DNA of 64,000 nucleotides from Candidatus Segatella papionis (GTDB lineage Bacteria > Bacteroidota > Bacteroidia > Bacteroidales > Bacteroidaceae), in contig DBLF01000123.1 of NCBI GenBank assembly GCA_002297965.1, forward strand, positions 16,287-80,286. Direction: 5' to 3'. Under the pieces are notes generated by a model. It saw only the letters and a program-made list of their open reading frames with translations. It did no database searches and was not told the DNA's origin. The position numbers were made by a program, and so were the translations under genes. Shown in pieces: positions 1 through 9,921 of this stretch. Each line of letters starts with the position of its first letter. The stretch's first letter is position 1.

Positions 1-446
1 GCGATATGACTACTCCTTCTATCGCTGCCGCAACAGCATTCCCTATCATGCGTGTAGAGGAGATGTACTACATCCGTATGGAGGCTGCCGCACAGCAGGA
101 TCCTGCCAAGGGCAAGGAACTCTTGGAGATGTTTATGAGAACTCGTGACCCTAAATATACTTGTGACGCAACAAGCAAGGACGACATCATCAAGGAAATC
201 TACTTCCAGAAGTGTATCGACCTTTGGGGTGAGGGTATCACATTCTTCGATATGAAGCGTTTGGGCTATTCTTTGACTCGTGGTTACAAGGGCACTAACC
301 ATGCTGTGGGTTGCCGCATCAATACGAACGGTCGTCCTGCATTTACCAACTTTGTAATCTATCGTACAGAGGCAGAGAACAATACAGCTCTCAAGGGATG
401 GAACAACCCAGATCCATCTGGTAAATATACCCCTTGGACAGAGTAA
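1..446 (+). CDS. RagB/SusD family outer-membrane lipoprotein, C-terminal part (5'-truncated by the window edge)
   Basis: Motifs MRVEEMYYIRMEA and IDLWGEGITFFDMKR are typical of SusD/RagB C-termini. Confidence 0.85.
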   Translation, partial: DMTTPSIAAATAFPIMRVEEMYYIRMEAAAQQDPAKGKELLEMFMRTRDPKYTCDATSKDDIIKEIYFQKCIDLWGEGITFFDMKRLGYSLTRGYKGTNHAVGCRINTNGRPAFTNFVIYRTEAENNTALKGWNNPDPSGKYTPWTE

Positions 447-482
447 TAACACTTTATAGTAATATAAAAGATTAAAAAAGTT

Positions 483-1286
483 ATGAACAAGTTTTTTAAA
501 TATACATTTATAGCGCTGCTCGGTGTTCTTACCCTCGGTTTGAGCTCTTGTACAGACGAATACGACTATACACCAGCTTCTAAGACAGAGTTGGGTGGCA
601 ATGCGTTCTTGGTAAGCGAGGGTTCAACAACCCTTTCTTACTTGCCTACGGCAGAGCAGAGCTTCACCTTCCAGGTATCTCGTGTAGATTCTACAGAGGC
701 ACAGACTGTAACTTTGTCTAGCAGCAACGATAAGTTCACAGTGCCTGCAAGCGTTTCTTTCGCAGCTGGTCAGAAGACAGCAGAGGTAAAGGTAACCTTC
801 AACATCGCAACTGGTACCTCTGAAAGCACTCGCATTGCGATTGCGGATGCCGAGAAGTACTATTACGCAGCTACCGTGCTCGACTATTCCATCACTCGCT
901 ACCAGGCTTATAGTGGTACCTACATATCACAGGGTGTGGGATTCGAGATTCAAACTCCTTGCTATCAGATTGGCGCTGGCAAGTTTATGATTCCTGCTGA
1001 TCCAGAGAATGGATATGAGTACGACATCGTATTCTCTATCAGTGAAAAGAATGTGGTGACAGTTGCTCCTCAGGCAGCATGGTCTCATCCTTCTTATGGC
1101 GACGTTTATGTAATAGGTAACGCCGACGGTGATGCAGCAGCAGATGGCTCAGGTTCTGGTGTCGCTGGTACATACGACCCAAAGACAGGTTTGGTCAAGA
1201 TGCAATTGTATCACTTTGTTCCTGGAACAGGTTCATTTGGTACATTCGAAGATGACTTCGTATTCGATGAGAAGCCAAATCTCTAA
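483..1286 (+). CDS. Surface lipoprotein, SusE-like or unknown function
   Basis: Lipoprotein signal LGLSSC followed by acidic TDEYD; lies directly after the SusD gene. Confidence 0.7.
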   Translation: MNKFFKYTFIALLGVLTLGLSSCTDEYDYTPASKTELGGNAFLVSEGSTTLSYLPTAEQSFTFQVSRVDSTEAQTVTLSSSNDKFTVPASVSFAAGQKTAEVKVTFNIATGTSESTRIAIADAEKYYYAATVLDYSITRYQAYSGTYISQGVGFEIQTPCYQIGAGKFMIPADPENGYEYDIVFSISEKNVVTVAPQAAWSHPSYGDVYVIGNADGDAAADGSGSGVAGTYDPKTGLVKMQLYHFVPGTGSFGTFEDDFVFDEKPNL

Positions 1287-1302
1287 TTTAAAATAAATTA
1301 TC

Positions 1303-1335
1303 AAGCCAGATGGACTATGCCCATCTGGCTTTTTT
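1303..1335 (+). terminator. Rho-independent terminator-like hairpin
   Basis: aagccagatgg/ccatctggctt stem followed by a T-run. Confidence 0.75.
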
Positions 1336-1348
1336 CATTTCTTAGCCT

Positions 1349-3007
1349 ATGAAAAGATTCTTTACTTTAACGTTGGCCGTAGCTTTCTTCCTCAACGGGG
1401 TTGAGGCGAAGGAGCGTACTATGGACGAGAAGCAGGCTATCGCTGCTTCGGTGTTGAACAATGTTCAGCTACAGACTCGTGGCGTGACAGCGCAACCACT
1501 CCATTTGTTGCAGTCATCAGACACTTATACGGTGCTGGGCGATGACAGCCGTTTCGTCGTATTGAGCAATGATGATGCTTTTGACGCAGTTATTGGCTAT
1601 GCAGATTCTCCTTTTGATGCAGCAACCAACAGTTCTTTGGCTTGGTATCTTCAAGCAGCATCAGAAGCGATGAAGACAAATGTGCAGAAGGGCTCTGCCG
1701 TGACAAGAGCCTTGGTTATTCCGAAGGGAGACTTCAAGGAGGCTGTCGCACCTCTGTGCAAGACCTTTTGGGCACAAGACAAGCCTTATAATAATCTTTG
1801 CCCTACTACTTCCAAGGGCAAGGCTTATCCTTCAGGATGTGTGGCTACGGCATTGTCGCAGATTATGTATTATCACAAGTATCCTGTAAAGGGTAAGGGA
1901 AGCCATCAGTACAGTTTTACTCCAGCAGTGGGAGATGGTAGATTGCTGAGTTGCGACTTCGAGAACACCACCTTCGATTGGGATAATATGCTGCTGGATT
2001 ATGGTTCTCAGAAAGATTACACAGATGTCCAGGCTAACGCCGTAGCACAGTTGATGGCAGCCGTTGGTGTTTCCGTGGATATGCAATACACTGAGTCCGG
2101 CTCTGGTGCAATGTCCAGGGAAGCTCGCTATGGTTTAATCAATTATTTCTGCTACAATGAGAACATCAATTGGTTGAATCGTTCTTTCTATTCAGCCGAG
2201 GAATGGATGAAGTACATCTATACGGAGTTGAATAATGAGCGTCCTATCTATTATACTGGAGATGATGAGAAAAACGGCGGTCATGCTTTCGTGCTTGATG
2301 GGTATGATGCAGAAGGCATGGTACACATCAATTGGGGATGGGGACCTAAAGGTGGCAATGGCTACTTCGACATTGCCTTGCTGAACCCATCCGGCTTCCA
2401 GTTTAGTGAAGGGCAAGATATGCTGATTGGTATTTCTCCTAAGGCATGCTTGCAATACGAGTCTCGTCTTTACTCAGAGAAAGAGCTGAAGGTGAGCAAG
2501 GTCGCTACATTGCTGAGTGTTCAGCCTGGTAAGATTTACAACCAGACGGGTGACGACTTCACGGGTGATATTGCCGTGGTCATGGAATCTGCTGATGGAA
2601 CAAAATACCCAGTGCAGACCACTCATATCAATAAGGCTATCACTTATTATTATGTGAATGATGCCAGTTCAGGAGTAACCATCGGTGGTGTATTCAAACT
2701 GCCAACGACATTGGCTGATGGTGAATATCGAACTTATGTAGCCTCAAAATGCGATAAAGAATCCGATTGGAGATTGATACGTACACCTGAGGGTACAGCT
2801 AATAGCTATATGGTTACGATAAAAGATGGAAAGCTGGCTTCCGTAGGAGAAGGTATTGCCGACGATACTTGGACCACAGGCATTTCTTCCGTCATTTCCG
2901 CTCCAGCCAAGTCTAAATCTGCAAAGGTTTATAATATCAACGGTCAGCAGGTAGATGCCTCTTACCATGGCATTGTCATCAAGAATGGCAAGAAGGTTGT
3001 GCAGTAA
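1349..3007 (+). CDS. C10 family (streptopain/interpain-like) cysteine peptidase with prodomain and probable T9SS C-terminal sorting domain
   Basis: Signal peptide; WAQDKPYN; catalytic SGCVATA; GGHAFVLDGY; HINWGW; C-terminal TGISSV...VYNINGQQV...GIVIKNGKKVV. Confidence 0.88.
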   Translation: MKRFFTLTLAVAFFLNGVEAKERTMDEKQAIAASVLNNVQLQTRGVTAQPLHLLQSSDTYTVLGDDSRFVVLSNDDAFDAVIGYADSPFDAATNSSLAWYLQAASEAMKTNVQKGSAVTRALVIPKGDFKEAVAPLCKTFWAQDKPYNNLCPTTSKGKAYPSGCVATALSQIMYYHKYPVKGKGSHQYSFTPAVGDGRLLSCDFENTTFDWDNMLLDYGSQKDYTDVQANAVAQLMAAVGVSVDMQYTESGSGAMSREARYGLINYFCYNENINWLNRSFYSAEEWMKYIYTELNNERPIYYTGDDEKNGGHAFVLDGYDAEGMVHINWGWGPKGGNGYFDIALLNPSGFQFSEGQDMLIGISPKACLQYESRLYSEKELKVSKVATLLSVQPGKIYNQTGDDFTGDIAVVMESADGTKYPVQTTHINKAITYYYVNDASSGVTIGGVFKLPTTLADGEYRTYVASKCDKESDWRLIRTPEGTANSYMVTIKDGKLASVGEGIADDTWTTGISSVISAPAKSKSAKVYNINGQQVDASYHGIVIKNGKKVVQ

Positions 3008-3028
3008 GCATTTGCTTGTATATATAAT

Positions 3029-3084
3029 AAGGTGTACCCACTTGCATCGCCCCAATCATCGAGCAGCGCAAGTGGGTACACCTT
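3029..3084. terminator. Hairpin with a 17-bp perfect stem between convergent genes
   Basis: aaggtgtacccacttgc (3029-3045) pairs with gcaagtgggtacacctt (3068-3084). Confidence 0.7.
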
Positions 3085-3155
3085 TATCTAAATTTTTCAT
3101 TCTATCTTAATTTAGAAGCTTTTTTATTTCATCTAGGCTGAGTTTCTGTAATCAT

Positions 3156-4604
3156 TCATTTTTGAAACAAGTCGTCCAAGGTTATCACTCGTTGAATCCT
3201 GGAGCTATACTCGTTGGGTACTAGCCCAAAGGTCGTGACAATGACAGGATGTATTGCTCGGCGTCCTTGCACTTTGTCCATCACCACTTGTATCTTGTTC
3301 CTGATATTGGCATCGGTCTTCTTGTCGATGCGATAGTCGCTCACGCAGAACTTCATCTCACAGATGTTGATGATTCTGTCCGAGCGATTGATGAGTAGAT
3401 CTATTTGCGCACCTTTCTCGTTTTTATCGGTTGGCACATAATGCCAAGGAGAGAAATCTACCTGAATGCCTTCGATTCCCAAAGCTCGGCGAATCTGTTC
3501 GGAATGGACCATGCAAACATCCTCAAAGGCTAATCCTCTCCAGGCATTGGCTGAGGCTGACTGCTGATTGTTTTGCCAAAACTCAGGATTTGTCTTTCTT
3601 TGCTTTTCTACAAAACGAATATAAAAGAGTGAATAGAAATCGGTGAGCTTATAATAGACCTCACGTTTGGATTTGCCGAAGTAGGTATATCGGGTAACGA
3701 AATCGCTTACCACCAAGGCTTCCAAAAGCTTACTTAATGTACCTCCCGAAGATAGCCCCAATTCCTTGGCAATTTCCTCTCGTTTTAGGCCTTCACGGTA
3801 GTTTGCCAACAAGCGTATCACTTGCTTGTACTGTTGAGGAGAAGAGAATATGGAACCAAAAAGACGATTGAATTCCAATGTCAGCTTTCCCTGTTTGGAG
3901 AAAAATAGATGGTCTAGGTTTTGAGCTAGACTCATACCTGGCTCAATGAACGACATATAATAAGGTATGCCTCCTATCGCCATATAGCATTGGGTTTGGT
4001 CGTAACGATCCATTACAATCTGATGTTCCCGATAATACTCCTCGCACTCTGCCAAAGTGAATGGCGAGAGGTGCATCTCACGAGTCACACGGTTATATAA
4101 TCCTCCCTTGTTGGCAAGCAATTTATCGACTATCCAAGTTGTAGCAGAACCACAGACTACCAGTAGCAAGTTGTCTTGTCCTGCTGCCCAACCATTCCAA
4201 AAGTGCTCAAAGGCTGTGATAAAACCAGACTTTGGGGTGTCAAGCCAAGGCATTTCGTCGAGGAAAACAACTTGCTTTTCTGTGGATTCTTTCTTTTTCA
4301 AAAGTTCGATGAGTATGTCAAATGCCGACAGCCAATCTGTTGGAACCTCATCTATCTCAGCCCCATAGTTTCGCAAAGAAGATGCGAAGTTCTGAAGCTG
4401 CGCTTGCAAAAGTTCTTTATCTTCTAATTCCAATGGGGATAGCGCTGTATGGTAGAAAGCAAACTGTTCCTTGAAATAATTGCGAATCAAGAATGTCTTT
4501 CCAACTCTACGACGACCATACACCACAAGAAATTCTGCCTCCTTGGAATCAAGAAGGTGGCTGAGTCTCTGTTGTTCTATTTTTCTGCCTATTATTTTTG
4601 CCAT
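3156..4604 (-). CDS. AAA-family (archaeal-ATPase-like) ATP-binding protein with winged helix and C-terminal PD-(D/E)xK-like domain
   Basis: IIGRKIE, Walker A YGRRRVGKT, Walker B VFLDE, C-terminal QIDLLI...ICEMKF. Start placed at MAKIIGR, downstream of TATTTTTG (4631-4638, minus strand). Confidence 0.8.
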   Translation of the reverse strand: MAKIIGRKIEQQRLSHLLDSKEAEFLVVYGRRRVGKTFLIRNYFKEQFAFYHTALSPLELEDKELLQAQLQNFASSLRNYGAEIDEVPTDWLSAFDILIELLKKKESTEKQVVFLDEMPWLDTPKSGFITAFEHFWNGWAAGQDNLLLVVCGSATTWIVDKLLANKGGLYNRVTREMHLSPFTLAECEEYYREHQIVMDRYDQTQCYMAIGGIPYYMSFIEPGMSLAQNLDHLFFSKQGKLTLEFNRLFGSIFSSPQQYKQVIRLLANYREGLKREEIAKELGLSSGGTLSKLLEALVVSDFVTRYTYFGKSKREVYYKLTDFYSLFYIRFVEKQRKTNPEFWQNNQQSASANAWRGLAFEDVCMVHSEQIRRALGIEGIQVDFSPWHYVPTDKNEKGAQIDLLINRSDRIINICEMKFCVSDYRIDKKTDANIRNKIQVVMDKVQGRRAIHPVIVTTFGLVPNEYSSRIQRVITLDDLFQK

Positions 4605-4676
4605 TGCTCTTCGTTTAAAATATTCGACTGCAAAAATAGTTATTTTTTGAGAACCTTGCAAGCTTTTTAGCAAAAT

Positions 4677-4831
4677 AATCAGCCACGAAACGCTTTTTTG
4701 TGCGTTCGTGGCTGATTATGTGGAAAATATGGGCCGATTGTGTAAAAGTATTATCTTGATAATCAGGTTGTTTTCTGATTTCCTATGACAAATCAGCCAC
4801 GAAACGCTTTTTTGCGCGTTCGTGGCTGATT
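4677..4831. repeat. Two near-identical 41-bp palindromic elements (4677-4717 and 4791-4831)
   Basis: AATCAGCCACGAAACGCTTTTTTG(T/C)GCGTTCGTGGCTGATT occurs twice with a single difference. Confidence 0.9.
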
Positions 4832-4838
4832 TGTCTTT

Positions 4839-6842
4839 TTATTTGATTTCCATCTTCGAGAAGGTCTGGAAATATTTCAGGCAAACGTCTCTCCACTCCT
4901 TCGCATTTTCGAGCTGCACATTGAGGAGCGAGTCGGTATGCGCCCATTCTTGCTCGTGTCCCTTCATATAGGGCTTCGCTGAGGTGTGCCAGAAGTCACG
5001 ATATACTTCTACCATAGATACACCCATGTTGTAGCGCATGCAAAGCTCCTGCCAGAGGGTGCTGCCCGATTTCATCTTGTGGTTCCATGCCACATGGTGG
5101 AACCAAAGGAGGTATTCCTCGGGGCAAGTGTCGATGTTGTCGTAGAGGCTACGATAAGGCTCGGGATACTGGCCTACGGCATTCGTGCCCTTGCTGCTGC
5201 GGTCGAAACCGATGCCCTGGGTGTCTGCCTTGTGGTAATACACAGGGCACCATTCCAAAGGGTAGCTGGCGATGAAACCATCTGGTTCCGGACCATAGTG
5301 ATGGTCGAACTTGAAGATGTGGTGCAAACCTAGCGGCATCATATAGTTGACGCAAGCCTCTCGCGAGGTGAGCATCATCATCTCTACGGGTTTCGTAAAC
5401 TTCTCGTCGTCGCATCCATAGGTCTGCACGAGCCATTCGTGGGCAATCTCTTCGGCGCTAAGCGAAGGATTCCACGCTAGGCGACCGAAAGCGTACCAGT
5501 TGGCTTGCGAGAAAGGATGACCGCACCAGTTGGCATCGTCGCCGATGTTTGCCACTCCGGCGATGCCCTTCAGCTTCTTCGGGCTTACGAAATCGAAGAA
5601 CTCTTTCCACATCGGGGCGAGATAGGTGAGGTGCTTGCTCTGCCCCAGGTATTCCTGGGTAATCTGTAGCTCTGCCATCTGCGGGGTCTGCTTGATGTTG
5701 TCGAAGATTGGGGCGTATGGCTCACGTGGCTGGAAGTCGAGTGGACCGTTCTTGGATTGCAGGATGACATTGTCGTGGAACTTGCCGTCCATGTCCTTGA
5801 ACTCGCTCACAGCCTGTTTCACTCGGTCTTCTCCCTTGTGGTTGGCTCCATATACGAAGCTGCGCCACATCACGATGCCGCCGTATGGTTTTAGGGCATC
5901 TGCCAGCATGTTGGCTCCGTCGGCGTGGGTGCGATGGTAGTCGCCCGGTCCTGGTTGCCCCTCTGAGTTGGCTTTTACAAGGAAACCGCCGAAGTCGGGA
6001 ATTGCCGCATAGATTTCCTTGGCTTTCTTCTGCCACCACTGTTGCACCTTCTTGTCGAGCGGGTCGGCGGTCTTGGTGTAGCCGAGTGCCATCGGCGATG
6101 CGAAGTTGATGCTGAGATAGACTCGTATGCCGTAAGGGCGGAGGATGTTGGCGATGACTTTCACCTTATTAATATATTCGGCTGTCATCATCTTGGGGGA
6201 TGCGTTCACATTGTTGAGCACGCTACCATTGATTCCCAGCGATGCGTTGGCACGAGCATAGGCGATAAGGCGGTCGTGGAGGCTCTTGCTGATGCTTTTT
6301 GCCTTTCCGCTCTTGTCGAGTTTGATTTCTTCCCACTTGAAGATGCTCTTGCCTGCATAGCCACGTTCGATGCTGCCATCGAGGTTGTCCCAATGGTTCA
6401 AGATGCGCAAGCCCACTTGTGGCTGCTCGGTCTCGTCGATGGTCTTTCCGAAGTTCTGCTGTTTGCCGCTGCCCGTGTTGTAGGCATCGGTGTCTTGCAG
6501 GCGAATCAGCTCGTAGGCACCATAGAGCAGTCCGATAGGGGAGCTGGCTGTGATGGTTGCTTCATACTCAATGTTGTCGCCTTGGTGGGCAGGACGGGCA
6601 TAGACTTGGTAGCCTTCGCCGAGGTTGAGGCTTTTGTCTATTTTCAGTTCCACTTGCTTTCCGCGCCAATGATTTTCTAGCTCTTGGCGAGCGATTCTCA
6701 CGGTGGCGTTGTCGTCGGCGGTAGTTGAAACTTGGCAGGATTTGGCGTAAGCCTTGCCCAACCAAAGTGCCGAACCATCGGCTTGTGCCATGGCTTGCAG
6801 CGAGGCAAGCATCAGGCATAATGCAATCAAGTATTTCTTCAT
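4839..6842 (-). CDS. GH67 alpha-glucuronidase
   Basis: LNHWDNLDGSIERGYAG, KNGPLDFQPREP, ELQITQEYLGQ; signal peptide. Confidence 0.93.
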   Translation of the reverse strand: MKKYLIALCLMLASLQAMAQADGSALWLGKAYAKSCQVSTTADDNATVRIARQELENHWRGKQVELKIDKSLNLGEGYQVYARPAHQGDNIEYEATITASSPIGLLYGAYELIRLQDTDAYNTGSGKQQNFGKTIDETEQPQVGLRILNHWDNLDGSIERGYAGKSIFKWEEIKLDKSGKAKSISKSLHDRLIAYARANASLGINGSVLNNVNASPKMMTAEYINKVKVIANILRPYGIRVYLSINFASPMALGYTKTADPLDKKVQQWWQKKAKEIYAAIPDFGGFLVKANSEGQPGPGDYHRTHADGANMLADALKPYGGIVMWRSFVYGANHKGEDRVKQAVSEFKDMDGKFHDNVILQSKNGPLDFQPREPYAPIFDNIKQTPQMAELQITQEYLGQSKHLTYLAPMWKEFFDFVSPKKLKGIAGVANIGDDANWCGHPFSQANWYAFGRLAWNPSLSAEEIAHEWLVQTYGCDDEKFTKPVEMMMLTSREACVNYMMPLGLHHIFKFDHHYGPEPDGFIASYPLEWCPVYYHKADTQGIGFDRSSKGTNAVGQYPEPYRSLYDNIDTCPEEYLLWFHHVAWNHKMKSGSTLWQELCMRYNMGVSMVEVYRDFWHTSAKPYMKGHEQEWAHTDSLLNVQLENAKEWRDVCLKYFQTFSKMEIK

Positions 6843-7196
6843 AAGAGTAGTTTATTGTTATTATTTGTAGTTATTTGTTGCTTGTCTAATATGTAAGTTG
6901 TTATGTCTGCAAAAGTAATAAAAAACGATGAAATCAGCAAATATTGGTGTAACAATATGTTTCGTTTCCTTTGGTTTGTCTGTCTATTTTCTTTTCTTTT
7001 TGCCGGATGAAACATAGGCGAAAGTTCTTGTTACTTTTGGAGTACTTGGGTTTCAATAGTTTTTAGTAAATTTGCATCGTCAAACAACTGATGACATCTA
7101 AAGACAACGTAACATATAATAACGTAACATATAACTAAGTGAATAACAATAATGACTAAGCAAACGACTATAAAGAATAAGCAAATGCATAGAATA

Positions 7197-8399
7197 ATGA
7201 TGAAACAATCCATCAGAATCTTTTCGTTGGCTCTTGCCCTCGCCACATCTAGTATGACAGCCTTTGCGCAGAATGTGTGGAAAGGCACATGGGCTACTGC
7301 AGTGGAATGGACAGGAAAGGGCGACATGCCTAAGGAAAGCTTGAGCAACCGCTCGTGCCGGCAAGTGGTACACGTCTCTTTAGGAGGCAAGGAACTCCGC
7401 TTGAAACTCAGCAACGAGCAGAGCAAGCAGCCTGTGGAAATCAAGTCGGTTTATGTGGCAGACACGGATGGCGACTGCAATTGGTTCGTGAATGGTAAAA
7501 CCGTCAAATACCTGAGCTTTGGTGGAAAGAAGAATGTAACTATCCAACCGGGTAAGGCTATCTATTCCGATGCCTTGAAGTATGCTTTGAAGGCAGGACA
7601 ACGATTGAGCATTACCATCGATTATGGCAAGCAGACTCCTGAGAACGCAACTTCCCATCGTGGCTCTCGCACCACCTCTTATATTGTGAATGGTTTGAGA
7701 AAAACTGCCAAACCGATGGACAAGTCTTTTGATGATGGAGAGAAGGTGGATCATTGGTACAACCTGTCTGCCATCGAAGTGAAGACCGAACAGACGACTC
7801 CTGTGGTGGCAGTCCTCGGTAATTCCATCACCGATGGTCGTGGTAGTACAACCAATATGCAGAACCGCTGGACTGATTTCCTATCGGATGCTCTTAACGC
7901 CGAAAAACCATACGGTGTGCTGAATCTAGGCATCGGTGGCAACTGCGTGGTAGAGGGAGGTCTGAGCGAACCTGCCATGAAACGTTTTGACAGAGACATC
8001 CTCGGACAGGCAGGTGTGGATAAGCTGATTATCTTCGAGGGAACCAACGACATCGGTTGCTCCAGCAAAAACTACGAGCATGTGGCTGATACGCTGATAG
8101 CTTGCTACAAGGTGCTTGTTGACAAGGCGAAGGCGAAAGGAATCAAGGTGTATGGCGCCACCATCACCCCAACCAAGGGCAACGGTTGGTATTCCTTCTG
8201 GCATGAGGCAATCCGCCAGACCGTGAACGAGTGGATCAGAAAGAGTGGATACTTCGACGAGGTTATCGACTTCGATGAGCTGGCTCGTGACCCTCAAGAC
8301 CCACAGCGTTTGAAGAAAGAATATTCCGACGACTGGCTCCACCTTAACCCAAAGGGCTATGAGGCAATGGGCAAGTTTGCCGCAGAAAAACTGAAATAA
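7197..8399 (+). CDS. SGNH/GDSL esterase, probable acetyl xylan esterase
   Basis: GNSITDG, GIGGN, EGTND and DWLH blocks; signal peptide from MMKQSIRIF (start inferred); xylan gene context. Confidence 0.85.
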   Translation: MMKQSIRIFSLALALATSSMTAFAQNVWKGTWATAVEWTGKGDMPKESLSNRSCRQVVHVSLGGKELRLKLSNEQSKQPVEIKSVYVADTDGDCNWFVNGKTVKYLSFGGKKNVTIQPGKAIYSDALKYALKAGQRLSITIDYGKQTPENATSHRGSRTTSYIVNGLRKTAKPMDKSFDDGEKVDHWYNLSAIEVKTEQTTPVVAVLGNSITDGRGSTTNMQNRWTDFLSDALNAEKPYGVLNLGIGGNCVVEGGLSEPAMKRFDRDILGQAGVDKLIIFEGTNDIGCSSKNYEHVADTLIACYKVLVDKAKAKGIKVYGATITPTKGNGWYSFWHEAIRQTVNEWIRKSGYFDEVIDFDELARDPQDPQRLKKEYSDDWLHLNPKGYEAMGKFAAEKLK

Positions 8400-8412
8400 A
8401 AAATAAAGAAAT

Positions 8413-9816
8413 ATGGAACAGACTTCACAGGAATCCAAGGGATTCTACAAACTAAGTTGGCTACAACGCATTGGATTTGGCTCTGGTGACTTGGCGCAAA
8501 ACCTTATCTTCCAGACCACATGTATGTACTTGTTGTTCTTCTACACCGACATCTATGGACTTGATGCCGTCGATGTATCCGTGATGTTCACGGTGGGAAA
8601 CATCGCAAATGTAATTTGGGACCCTATCGTGGGTGCCCTTATCGACAAGCACAACCCAAAGTTGGGTAAGTATCGCTCTTACCTTGTCTTCGTGGGCATT
8701 CCACTTTCGGGATTTGCCATCTTGTGCTTCTGGAATGGCTTTGCGCCGTCATTGCTTTATGCGTACATTACTTATATAGCGATGACGTTGCTCTATACCT
8801 TTATCAATGTGCCATACGGTGCCTTGAACTCATCGCTTACTCGTGACACCGACGAAATCACCGTCTTGACATCCGTGCGTATGTTCATGGCAAACTGCGG
8901 CGGATTGGCTGTGGGTTCAGGTCTGCCTTTGCTCATAGCTTACTTTACCGACCAGAAGGCTGATGGCCTGCCTAAAGACCCTGTGGCTTGGTTCACCACC
9001 ATGACCATTTATGCAGTGGTGGGCTTGGCATTGCTTCTCTTCTGTTTCTCTCAGTGCAAGGAGCGTGTCGTGATGAATGCCGAGGAGAGTGCCAATGTGA
9101 AGATTAGTGACCTCTGGATGGAGTTCTTCCATAACCGTCCTTTGCGTATCATCGCCTTCTTCTTTATCACCGCCTTCGCCATGATGTCTATTGGTAATGC
9201 GGCAGGTGCTTACTTTATGAATAGCAATATGCATGGTACTTCCGAGCAGTTGTCCATCTTCATGGGCTTGGGCTCGGCACCTTCGTTCATCTTTATGCCA
9301 TTGGTGCCAATGATCAAGCGTGCCATCGGCAAGAAGAATATGTTCTACGTGTTCCTGGGCATTGCCATCGTGGGTATGGCTTTCCTCTACTTCGTGGCTA
9401 AGATGGACGAGCCAAGCATGACGCTTGTCTATATCGCCCAGTTTGTGAAGTCAACGGGTGTCATCGTGGCAACTGGTTATATGTGGGCATTGGTTCCAGA
9501 GGTCATCTCTTATGGTGAGTACAAGAGCGGCAAGCGCATCGCAGGTATCGTGAATGCCTTGACAGGTATCTTCTTCAAGGCAGGTATGACCTTGGGTAGC
9601 GTGGTGGCTCCTGCCATCCTTGCTTACGTGGCTTATAACCCTAAGAGTGTGGAGCAGACTCCATTTGCCCAGGAGGGTATCCTTTGGTTGGTATGTGTCA
9701 TCCCGGCAGCCTTGTTGCTGCTTGCGATGTTCATCATCTCGAAGTATGAGCTTACCGATGAGGTCATCGACGACATCAACCAGAAGATTGAGGCTCGTCA
9801 TAAGGCTGAGGCTTAG
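8413..9816 (+). CDS. xynD: MFS GPH-family (xylo-oligosaccharide):cation symporter
   Basis: Many hydrophobic helices; DPIVGALID, GKYRSY and NVPYGAL GPH motifs; same order as the Prevotella bryantii xynD-xynA-xynB genes. Confidence 0.85.
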   Translation: MEQTSQESKGFYKLSWLQRIGFGSGDLAQNLIFQTTCMYLLFFYTDIYGLDAVDVSVMFTVGNIANVIWDPIVGALIDKHNPKLGKYRSYLVFVGIPLSGFAILCFWNGFAPSLLYAYITYIAMTLLYTFINVPYGALNSSLTRDTDEITVLTSVRMFMANCGGLAVGSGLPLLIAYFTDQKADGLPKDPVAWFTTMTIYAVVGLALLLFCFSQCKERVVMNAEESANVKISDLWMEFFHNRPLRIIAFFFITAFAMMSIGNAAGAYFMNSNMHGTSEQLSIFMGLGSAPSFIFMPLVPMIKRAIGKKNMFYVFLGIAIVGMAFLYFVAKMDEPSMTLVYIAQFVKSTGVIVATGYMWALVPEVISYGEYKSGKRIAGIVNALTGIFFKAGMTLGSVVAPAILAYVAYNPKSVEQTPFAQEGILWLVCVIPAALLLLAMFIISKYELTDEVIDDINQKIEARHKAEA

Positions 9817-9921
9817 ATAAATGATGGGTTCCATTTGAAACTGAAGTTTCAAATGGAAAATATCGGAAATTGCAAATTATAAATATTAGACAGAAATTAA
9901 GATTAGAATAATTGAATTGAT

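Noticed and set aside
4677..4831. Possible mini-CRISPR or invertible promoter
   Set aside because: Only two copies with a 73-bp gap, no cas or recombinase gene, and the candidate -7 element lies outside the repeats
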